Origin: Monocercomonoides exilis PA203
Taxonomy: Eukaryota; Protista; Preaxostyla
Assembly (NCBI GenBank): GCA_001643675.2
Contig: LSRY02000039.1
Coordinates: 248,001 to 312,000 of the forward strand
Direction of reading: 5' to 3'
Length of the DNA stretch: 64,000 nucleotides
Below, piece after piece: positions 53,928 to 64,000 of the stretch. The notes under the pieces were generated by a model. It saw only the letters and a program-made list of their open reading frames with translations. It did not search any database and was not told where the DNA came from. How positions within the stretch are numbered: the stretch's first letter is position 1; every line of letters begins with the position of its first letter. The position numbers and the translations under genes were made by a program.

Positions 53928-56900
53928 GAAAAAAGAAAAAAGAAAAAAGAAAAAAGAAAAAAGAAAGAAAGAAAGAAAAAATATTTATTATTTAAAAAAG
54001 GTGAAAGAAAATTGATATATAATATTCAAAAATTCATAAAAAAAAAATAAAACCGAACAATTTGTTTTTGGAAAGGAAATTAAAAATATCTCAAATATTG
54101 TTAAATAACTCACTTATAACGCATAAATAGCAATATAAAACTTAAAGAAAGAAAGAAAAGAAAGCAAAGAAAAAAAAAAGAATGGAACAGGAAAAAAAAT
54201 AAATAAAAACACCACATTTTTCACTCCCCTCACCACTCTTGAATCACACCAGAAGTATAAGCAAAATTCTTGAGAGCTGAAAGGGTACATTCCAATTCTT
54301 CTGCATCAGCAGCAGCAGCCTTCATGTTTCTCTTCAGCACCTTCAGCACAAGAGCCAATGGATAGTTCGTGAGTGAAGGAGGCGGCTGTGGGGGAGAAGG
54401 CAAAGAAGAGGAAGAGGCGTGCGAGAGAGAAGGAGAAAGAGAAGGAGAAAAAGAAGGAGAAGCCAAGGGAGTCGGCTGGCTGAGGTTGGAAGGTGTTTGG
54501 GGGTGTGCTGGTGTGAAAGGCGGGGAATAAGGTAAAGAGCCTTGTTGTGGTGCAGGAGAGGAAGGGAATTGATGGTGAGGTGCTTCTTGTGGAGATCTGG
54601 GCGACATCACAGGCTGGAAAGTGACTGAAGATGGAGAAGAAAAGTTCATTGGAGTTGTGGAAGAAGAGGATGAGGATGAGGATGAGGAAGAGGAAGAAGA
54701 AGAGGGAGAAAAAGAAGAAGAGAAAGAAGAGGAAGAAGAAGAAGAAGTCGAATCAAAATTATTTGTTTGATTGACAGCATCAGCAGTGATAGACCAACCT
54801 CGATGGATCAAACAAACAGCATCTGCTGCTCTCAGTCTTGTCAGCAGAGGGAGATGCCGTGAAACCTTATTGCTTTTATCGTTATTATTATTGTTGTTGT
54901 TAACTTTTTCTTCTTCTTCATTGCTGCTGGATTCCCAATTGAGACACTCTTTCTCTTTCTCCAACATCTGCTCATATTCTTTTTTTGACTCAGCCAGCAC
55001 AGCTTTCAGCACTGGATCAGCCTCATCTTCCTCAGAAGACAGCTGCTGCTTGTTAGGAGAACGAGGTGGAAGTGAAGATGAAGAAGAAGAGGAGGAGGAG
55101 GAGGATGAAGAAGAAGAAGCAGACACCGCCGACAAAAACGGGTTGTACATTTCTTCTCTTTTCTTCTCCATCCTCCTCATAATCTCCCTCTCTCTTTCAC
55201 TCAGCTTTTCTCCATCACACGCTATTTCCCTCAGAATCTCCTTCATCTCTTCTGTCAGTGTGTCCCTCTTCGCCCCAAACCGCACTGCTGGCATGCCTTC
55301 GATATCAGCTGGGTAGATCCTCCGGAACAGGATGATGTGGATCGCCTCCATCGCCCGGCTGATCTGGAGAAGATGAGCTTGTGCTTCAGTATTTGTGCTG
55401 TTGTTGTTATCATGTTCTTTGCATTTGGCAGAAGATGAATCAGAAGCAGCTATTGATGATGATGATAACTCTGTAGAATCAGCTGAAGCTCCTTCTCCAC
55501 TTGTCTTTTGGCTATTCTTGTTTGCTCCCAATGTAAACAGCGACACATCTGTCGATACCCCTTGCCCTTCCACAATCTTCTCCTTCTTTGTTTGGGGCTT
55601 AGTTGCCTTCATTGCTTCAGACAGAAGAGCGAATTGTGATAAAAGCACAGACATCTTCTGAGGATGTTGTTGCGGTTGCTGCTGCTGCTGAATCAGCTGT
55701 TGTTGTTGGGAAATTAGCGAGAGAGAGGAGAAGGCAGAATGCTCTGTACATTCCAGTGTTAATGATGATGATGATGATGATGATAATTGGTTATCATTTT
55801 CGAGTGAAGAAGAAGAGGAAGAGGAAGAGGAAGAAGAGGAGGAAGAGGAAGAAGAAGAGGAAGAGGAAGAAAAAGAAGAAGATGAAGAAGCATCACCCAA
55901 ATCAGAACTAATTTCCGTGGCATTTTTAGCTTCCTCTTCTGATTGATGTGTTGACGACTCTTCAGAAGCTGTTGAAATTGAAGCACTGCCTTCTGTTTGT
56001 TCTGCTGCAACAGATGTTTCAGCTTGATTATCCATCTTGTTCTCTTCTTCTTTCTTCTCTTCTGACTTCTCTTTCTCTTTCTCTTTCTCTGCTTCTTCTT
56101 TATATTCATCTTGTGCTTCTTCAATAATTGCTTCAACTTCAACATCTTCCTCGTTCTCATCATTAATTTCTTTCTTTTCTTCTCTTTCTCCTTCTTTTCC
56201 TTCTTTCTTGTCATCCGTCTCGTTTTGGTTCTTTTCTTCAGAAATTTCCACAATTGGAGGTGCAAATGATGGAGGTGCTGGTAAATGCAACTTCTTCTTT
56301 GGCTTCACTTGCTGTTGATCTTCAGAAGAAGAAGAAGAATTAGCAGCAGAAGCTCCTTCTTCCTTGTTATCTTCTTTTGTTTCAGATTCGTTTGGTTGAG
56401 AATTTCCTTCTTTCTCTTCTTCTTTCTCTTCTTCCTTCTCCTCTTTCTCCTCTTTCTTTTCCCCTTCTCCTTCTCCTCCTTCTCTTCCTTCTCTTCCTTC
56501 CTTTCCATCATCACCACTATCTTTCAAATCACCCAAAGATTCGCTCATTCCTTCTGTCTGTGGCACAATCGTCTTCACATCTATTGCTGGTGGTGGTGGC
56601 AGCCTTCGCTTCTTCACTCTCACAACAGCCCCCTTTCCTACTGCTGCTGAATGCTCTTCCTCTGTTGGCTTTGTTTCTTCTTCTTTCTTTTCTTCTCCTT
56701 TTTCTTCTTTCTTTTCTTCTTCCTTTTTCTCTTTTTCTCCTTCTCCTTCTTCTGATACAGAAGAAGCAGAAGAAGAAGAAGGAGAAGCATTAATATCAGC
56801 TACTGTTGGTGCTATTGTTGAAGGCGGGGGTGGCAACCTCTTAATCTTCACTTTTATTGGATGTGGTGCTGTTTCTGCTTTTTCTTCATTCTCTTCGATC

Positions 56901-58397
56901 TTTTTGCCTTCTTCTTCTCCTCCTCCTTCTCTTTTTTCTTTCTCTTTCTCTTTCTCTTCAATTTTCTCTTCTGCTTTTCCTTCTTCTTTCTCTTCTTTCT
57001 GTGAATTGCTTGTTTTTCCAGCTTCTTCTATTTCTATCGGAATCACAGGAGCAGCCATACTTGGTGGCGGTGGACGCTTTCTTCGCTTGGTGACTGTTGG
57101 TGCAGGGGAAGAGGAAGATCCAGGCTCTGAAGAAGGAGAAGGGGAAGGAGAAGGAGAAGGAGAAGATGATGATGAAGGAGAAACAGCTGATGAAGGAGAG
57201 GAAGAAGAAGAAGGCTGCTGCTCTTTCTCTTTTCCTTCCTCTTCCTCTTCTCTCTTCTTCACAATCACAATGGGCAACGCTGTCTTTTCCTGTGCTTTCT
57301 CCCTCGCTGCTGCGTCTCCGTGCTTCTTCATCATGCTCCTCATCCACGGCACCAGCACTTTGTGCCCCATCAGCTCTGCCAGACCAGGCCGCTTTGCTGG
57401 CTCATCGTCCATCATCCGCAGCAGCAAATTCCGCAGCTCGCCCGAATAGCCCTTCGGCAGCACTTTCCCTGTGATCGCTCCGCTGTCGCGGAGAGGGTGG
57501 TTCCCTATGATATATTGAAAGACAAGAGCACCCACTGAGTAGATGTCTGTGAGAAAAGATACTCTGGAAATGATAAAAGGATAATATAAATAACGGTTTG
57601 AGATTGGGCATCAAATGATGGTTTAAAAAAAAATAAATGCTTAAAAAGATATTCAAACTCTCCTGATTTCATCAATTCAGGTGCAATAAATTGCTTTTCC
57701 AGATAAGAAAAGCGCGATATCATTTCTTCAGTGAATTGCTTGAATAATCCAAATTCAGCTTTCAAAAGAAAAGAAAACACAATCAAAAACAAAAAAAGGA
57801 AAAAAAAGTTGATACTTATTTGAATTCTCCCGTTTTCGCACATAAATACATTTGATGAATTTATCAATCCATGAGAAAATGGTCTCCCTGGATGATTTTG
57901 AAGAGTCGAAAGACCAGCAATAATTTGCCCGAGTATCTGCCATACAGTCTACACGTTAAAAAATTTCGGATTACGTTTTATTAAGCAAAAAAATAGATGT
58001 AATTTGCAAACAGCTTCTTGAATCTGACTTTTAGGAGTTTCCGCAGGACGCATAACGTTTTGAAATGAATGTGCATTGCAATGGTCGGTCAGAATAAATG
58101 CATCTCGGGAATCAATAATAAATGATCTATCTTTTAACAGAAATGGTGACTCGATTTTGCACAGTTCCTCTAATTCCGTTTCATTCAAATTTTTACCAAC
58201 GGTTCCATTCAATGGAATGTTTGTAATAATAAACTTACGGTTTGTTTGCTTTTCAATAACTTCATAATTACGAATAGGAGGCGAAAAGGCATGAAGGACT
58301 TTATCACTCAATACTTCGTCTATTTGTTTAACATCGATTTAGATAAATAAAAAAAGCTCTTTTCAAATAGAAAAGCCAAACGATTTTCGAATATCAT
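53311..58397 (-). CDS. NEK-like (pseudo)kinase with long low-complexity middle and helical/ARM-like C terminus; multi-exon
   Basis: Exon fragments give ESPFLL, VWQILGQIIAGL, HGLINSSNVF, AEFGL, FIAPEL, TDIYSVGA, YSGELRNLLLRMMDDEPAKRP. Main exon ~54230-57560, last exon ~53311-53520. Start at 58397 inferred through a short intron. Confidence 0.7.
53790..53980. repeat. Poly-A plus (AAAAG)n intronic microsatellite
   Basis: About 44 A's followed by AAAAG/AAAAAAG units. It explains the spurious poly-K ORF 53722-54015. Confidence 0.9.
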
Positions 58398-58620
58398 TTG
58401 TGCAAGAAGGCAAATGATAAAATGAATAAAACGAAGAATATGTGTGATATTATGGGCTATTTGCGGTGAAATTCAAAAAAAATATAATTTTATCTGAACT
58501 GACATGTTAAGTATATTGCGAAATGAATAAAATACACGGTAAAAACTTAATTATAATTGCGAAAAGAGGGGAAGTGATTTGAGTATGTACAAATAATTTG
58601 TTCAAAATAATGAGTTTTGA

Positions 58621-59788
58621 TTACTTCTCCTTTTTCGTCGGCCTATAAACTCCCACAACAACCGCATGATCTCTTTCATAAGGTTCTAACGTAAGTTGCT
58701 CCAGTGGCTTAAGTCCAGCTTCGGCCAGAGTACTCCTTTCCTTTGCGAAAACAGCAGGAGCAGGTGAAACTGAATCGATACAAGAAGCCTTGATAGAAAT
58801 AACGTAATGTCCTCCATTCTTCAAGAAGTACTTTGCATTGATTTCAACAATACGTGCTTGATCAGGCTGTGCAACATCAGCAAAGATCACATCCACCATT
58901 GGAACAAGCATGCGATAACGCTGAGGATAACGAGCATCTTCAATGATTGGAACAATATTTGCACGTTTTTGTGCAAGTCCAAGTAAATCACGACCAACTC
59001 TTTGTGAAAATTCGACTGCATACACAACTCCAGTCTAAAAATTTTTAAATAAAATTATAATTTTTTAATATTAATATGAAGAAAAAAAGAAAGAAAAAGA
59101 AAACAAACAGGTCCAACAATATCTGAACAATGAGAAACGGTTGTTCCTGAAGCTGCTCCAAGATATAGTAATTTACATCCTGGTTGAATATGTATATTAC
59201 CGATTCCACCAATAACAGCTGCACCAAGTTTCGATCTATATGGGTTCCAAATTCTATATTCCGTTTTCCCGCTTGCAGCTGTTTCATCCTACATGAATGA
59301 TATTGTAAAATGAACATTTCAAAAAATCAAATTAATATTTCTTTTTTTTAGCAAACATCAACAGAAATTCTTTTTTCTCCATATACAGATTCTCCTGGCA
59401 GCATGCTTCTTGTTGCAAGAGAATCTTCTTTTGAATGAGCAATATAAACACCTGGGAATCGCTCATGTGGAGTGACAATAACTTTGCTTCCTCCTTTCAT
59501 TCCTCCTTTTCCTTTTCCTCCTCTTGCACCTCCTCTACCTCCACCTCTACCGCCTCTTCCTCCACGCCCTCCACCTCTGCCACCGTCTCTACCTCTACCA
59601 CCACCGAATCCACCTCTTCCACCTCTCCCACGGCCTCCTCCACCAAATCCTCGTGATCCGCCTCAAAAACAAGAAATATTGTTTTGATTAATTTTTATTC
59701 AATCAAAATAATCATTAAAATAAAATAAATTAAAATAAATTATTTATGAGCATTGAATGAAAGCAAATAAACCTTGACTACCAAACAT
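58621..59788 (-). CDS. NOP1: Fibrillarin (box C/D snoRNP rRNA 2'-O-methyltransferase), 4 exons
   Basis: N-terminal RGG tract, [80 protein letters not shown]. Confidence 0.97.
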
Positions 59789-59987
59789 TGTTCGAAAATA
59801 TGGGTAATGATCTTTAAAAATGTATGTGTTATTTCGAAAACAAATTTTGAGGAAAAGTAAATATATATTTAGAAATTCTTTAATTTTAAAATGCTGTAAT
59901 TCTTAAATTAACTTTAGAAATGAAATCCTTTTCAAAAAATTATATATATAAAGTATAACTATGGAAAAGAAACATAAATGTAAATTT

Positions 59988-62837
59988 TTATTCGGAATCA
60001 ACGTTAGAAATTGTTCTCTTCATAACAAAACGAGCATCCACAGCCCACACTTGGTTCTCTCTAACTACAACAGGGTTCAAATCAATTGATTGTATCTCGT
60101 TGCAAAGAGCAGGAAGCGATGAAATTTTTGACATCATCTTTGCAACAGCCTTTTCATTCACAATGGCTGCATCCACAGCACCTCCAATCACCATGTCCTT
60201 CTCCAAGATGTTAACATTTCTGACTTTCCTCCGATTTTTCTCGAAAATGCCTCTTGTCCTCAGCTGATGCAGCACATCCGTGGCGTCTGAATCAGCGCAA
60301 GGGCACAGCGCAAATGACACATCACTCACAGCAGACACAAGGCTTCCCCCAAGCCCTCCAATCAGCACAGGCCCAAACGTCGGGTCTCGATGCACCCCGA
60401 CAAATAGAGGCACAGACGACACAGGACGAGAATCAGCCAGGCTCTGAGCATTCATTTGGCCACGGTGTGTGAACTGTGTTGTCTTCAAGCACTGACACGG
60501 GATCTCGTTTGTTGTCAGGCACTCCATCACGATCACGCCTTCTTTCTCGTGCCCGCTCTCCCGCTGCACCTCCAGCATTTCCTCCACCGCCTCCCCTACC
60601 AGCCCATCGACGCCAGCTATGTGCGTCTTCACAAACTCCTTTCGCTCCTCCCGCTCTGCCCACTCACACCCGCTCTTCACCACAAACTCCATCACTTTGC
60701 CCATCCCGCACTTCTCACACTTCTCACACAGCTCGTCTCTCTCCTTCTGCAGCGCTTCCACAAACGCCTCTGCCTCAGCTGCGCTATGCACCTCTTTGAA
60801 TGGCGGAACAGAAATACCCAGCGCCATAAGCACTTTGAGTGCTGAAGATTCAGGCAGAACATAGTGATCCTCTTTCGCTTTTGTCGAATCAGAAGAATTG
60901 GTAGAGTCAGCAGTGGCAGCAGCAGAAACAGCAACAGCATCAATGGCAGAGCGGATGGATTCGCTCACAGACTTGGCCACTGAGATGTCAATGGGAATTT
61001 CAGCTGTTAAGTTTCCAGTCGATGTCTGATCAGCCGAAGCTGCCGATGAAACAGACAAAGAAACATCTGAATCAGCATGCCCCTCAGACGATGATGCTGA
61101 GCTTCCTTCGAGCGAAGCCAATGAAGCCAGAGATGCAAGTGATGTATTTGATCCCACTCGCTTCCCCATTGTCTCCTGCCTTTCTCTCATCCGCACCTTC
61201 TCCTTCTCCACAAAGCAGTGCGATCTCATCTGAGTGCCCACTGCCTTCGCAACATCCACCTCGCTGCTGAAAACAGGAATCCCGCCGCTCATCAGAATGT
61301 CTGTGCATTCACGCTCTTCCTCAATCTGCGCACCAATCAGCAGCACATACAACGACTTGCGCTTGGAAATAAATGAGCTTTGCTTTGAATTGGAATGTTT
61401 TTGACTGGTTGTTTCGCTTTCTTCGCTGTCGCTGTTGCTTTCACTTTCGTTTTCTGTTTCTTTCCTTTCCTTTCGTTCATTTTCTCCTTCTTCTCTTTCT
61501 TTACCAGTTTCTTCATTCCAATTCTCTTTCTTTCTCCCGTACAGCTCCACCATCTCGTGGCAAAGCGTTCTCGAGTCAATCGCCTTCAGCGAGCCAATCA
61601 AGCTCAGCACAATCACATCGCTTCCCGGGTCGTCACGGAGCATCCGCAGCGCATACGAAAAATCTTCTGTTGTTCCACTGCCTGTCATGTCAAGCGGGTT
61701 CTTCACGATGTAGAAAGGAGGATATTTTTCAATCATTTTTTGCTTCAGCTCGTCCGACATCATCCCAAGTTCCAGCCCTTCTTTCCACAGCGCATCCACC
61801 AGTTGCACACCCTGCCCGCCTCCGTTCGTTATGATCTGCACCTTCTTCCCTGTCACCCTCTGCCCAACAACCTCGCCGATCATCTTCACAGCAAACATGT
61901 CTCGCCAGTCAACACATCGCACAATCCCGTTCTCTTTCAGCAATGCATCGGTGACTGCATCGTCAACAGCAACGGACGCGCTGTGTGACCGAATGGCAAT
62001 GGAACCAGCGGGAGTTGCGCCGGATTTCACTATAAATACGCCCTTTCCTTTCATCCGCGCTCTCCGGGCTGCTGCCAGAAATCTTGTAGGTTGTTGGATT
62101 CCTTCGAGATAGAACGCTGCAATTTTTGTGTGTTCGTCTCTTTCGAAGTATTCCATCATATCTGCTTCGCATACATTTATTGAGTTCCCAAGTGAGATCA
62201 TCTTCCCAATCCACGGAATTACTGAACAGATTTTCTCAACATGATTAAACATGCACACTCCAAAGCCTCCGCTTTGTGAAGCAATGGAAACTCCACCAGG
62301 AATGGGCCTGTGTGCAGATGAATCCAAAATAAACAAGCAATCGATTGTGTCAAAAGCAGAATAAAAGCCTACACCGTTTGGCCCAATTAATCTAACCCCA
62401 CAACTTTCGACAGCTTTTTTTAGTTCATTTTGAATTGCTTTTCCCTCTGCCCCAATATCAGCAAATCCTCCAGCTATGTTAACCATATATTTGCAACTTT
62501 TTTTGCTTGACATGTCTTTTACAGCTTGTGGAGAGAATCTTGCAGGAACAACTATCACAGCAAGGTCGACATGTTGTGAAGGAATGTCATCAATTGACTT
62601 ATACACTGGTTGATCAAACAAAGTCCCTCCTTTTGGATTTACGAGATACACCGGACCACGTTTGAATGATTTTAAAACCTGTTTTGAAACAGCCCATCCT
62701 TTAAAGAGAATTAAAAAATAATTGTAAAGTATCTATAAAGTAAGCATACCAGGAGTTCCGTCTTTGTGAGATGCACCAATGATTGCAATGCTTGTCGCTT
62801 CGAAAAAGCCATCAACAGGCAACATATCCTTTTCCAT
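59988..62837 (-). CDS. Acetate--CoA ligase (ADP-forming), fused alpha-beta type; one intron ~62700-62749
   Basis: IAIIGAS, VYLVNPK, VDLAVIVVP, RLIGPNGVG, SQSGG, SLGN, FYLEG, phospho-His motif RSHSASV, ITNGGGQGV, NPLDMTG, RDPTFGPV, IDLNPV, AVDAR. Confidence 0.88.
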
Positions 62838-63173
62838 TCTTCAAATGAGGATATGACCCCTTTTCCCGCAGTATAGTATGCGAATTAATGAACATTTTTA
62901 TGAAAGCATTCGCATAAATAACAATTAAATTGGAAGCTATTCCGGAGAAAATAAATAACAAAAAATATTAGTATCTTGAAATAATTGTGATAATTTATAA
63001 TGGTGAAAATGTTATTAATCACACATATTTTGAAGAATGAAACTATTCTGCAAAAATGCGTTCATAAACTTTAATTAGAGAAGAGAAAATATGTTTAGCC
63101 CATAAATATTTTTTGAGGAAAATATTTTCGCTTTTATTATTCTTGATCGGGAAATATCAATCTTTTTAAGCAA

Positions 63174-64000
63174 ATGGAATCTTCAATAATTATAGATCTT
63201 CCTGGAAAACTTTGGGAAGGGATTGATTTAATTTTTGAAAGAGGAAAGGCAGGGAAGAAGTGTGGATTATCGATTATAAATGTTGAATAAACTTATTTTT
63301 GTAATATTTTAAATTTGAAGGACATACGATGAGATTATTGTTCGTTTAACAAAAAATCACATGTCTACAAAAGCGTTTTATGAAAACATAAAGTCACGAA
63401 AGTTTCAAGATTTATCAGAAGGAGGGTTTGCTTCATTATAATAAATGTGTCTAAGTAATGGTAATACCTTGATTTCTATTATAATATAGTGCAATACAAA
63501 TCGTATGGAAGGGATTGAAAGAGCGAATAGCATCGATTGAAAAAGCATCATTTGATTTTATGCAAAAGATTGAAGGTGTTTTGACAAAAGTAAAGGCAGA
63601 AGCTAAAGTCTATGAAGAATATTTCAAGACCCTTGAGCAAGAGCATCAAAATTCACTGAAGAAGAAGAAGCTTGCACACGAAGAAGCTGCAAGGGTTTGT
63701 TTTATCTTTTGAGAAATTTTTCACAAATGTGTTTCAGAAAAGAGAGAAATACTGTTTTGCATTTGGTGAATGGGATGAAGCCGACGCTGCTTATTCCAAA
63801 GTCAAAGATGACCTGGGATCAAAAGCTGACAAAAAAATTAAGGCATGAATCATCGATATGTTTTTTGTGAATTAATTCTGATATCAATTATCCAAATATG
63901 TAGTTGATGAAGACAATGACAGAGAAACTGAAGGAAAAGATGAACACTGAGATGCTATATGTGGACGCCACAAAGGTTTGCCAGGCAGCAGAAGAAGAAT
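63174..64000 (+). CDS. F-BAR/FCH-domain protein, 5' part (truncated by window end)
   Basis: Spliced N terminus LWEGIDLIFERGKAGKKTYDEIIVRL resembles the FCH motif and is followed by long coiled-coil helices. Four short introns. Confidence 0.55.

Noticed and set aside
62877-62916. 9-bp inverted repeat TATGCGAAT...ATTCGCATA in the divergent promoter
   Set aside because: Short and AT-rich; no second instance seen to support a regulatory role.

Overview
AT-rich, intron-containing eukaryotic DNA in the standard genetic code. Short GT-AG introns, poly-Ser tracts, giant Cys/Gly-rich receptor pseudokinases and an ADP-forming acetyl-CoA synthetase suggest an anaerobic metamonad, probably an oxymonad such as Monocercomonoides (inference). 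The main find is a ~6.3-kb DNA transposon (about 6106-12382). Its single spliced gene (about 1308 aa) encodes a Sola2-like DDD transposase with an apparently intact ubiquitin-specific protease (USP/C19) domain inserted inside it between two poly-Ser linkers. A compact, pseudoknot-capable structured RNA begins 4 nt after the stop codon. The element lies at the centre of a perfect 1235-bp inverted repeat (5034-6268 / 12220-13454). Most of that repeat is the homogenised 5' end of two head-to-head, stop-riddled paralogous pseudogenes. The rest of the window holds a Merlin/IS1595-type transposase relic, GGG...CCC MITEs, and two convergent receptor-pseudokinase paralogs sharing a 269-bp identical tract over the transmembrane segment. 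It also holds a TmcB/C-like membrane protein ending in a hemerythrin domain, a NEK-like pseudokinase, fibrillarin, an ADP-forming acetyl-CoA synthetase and the start of an F-BAR gene. All calls come from reading motifs by eye; no searches were run.
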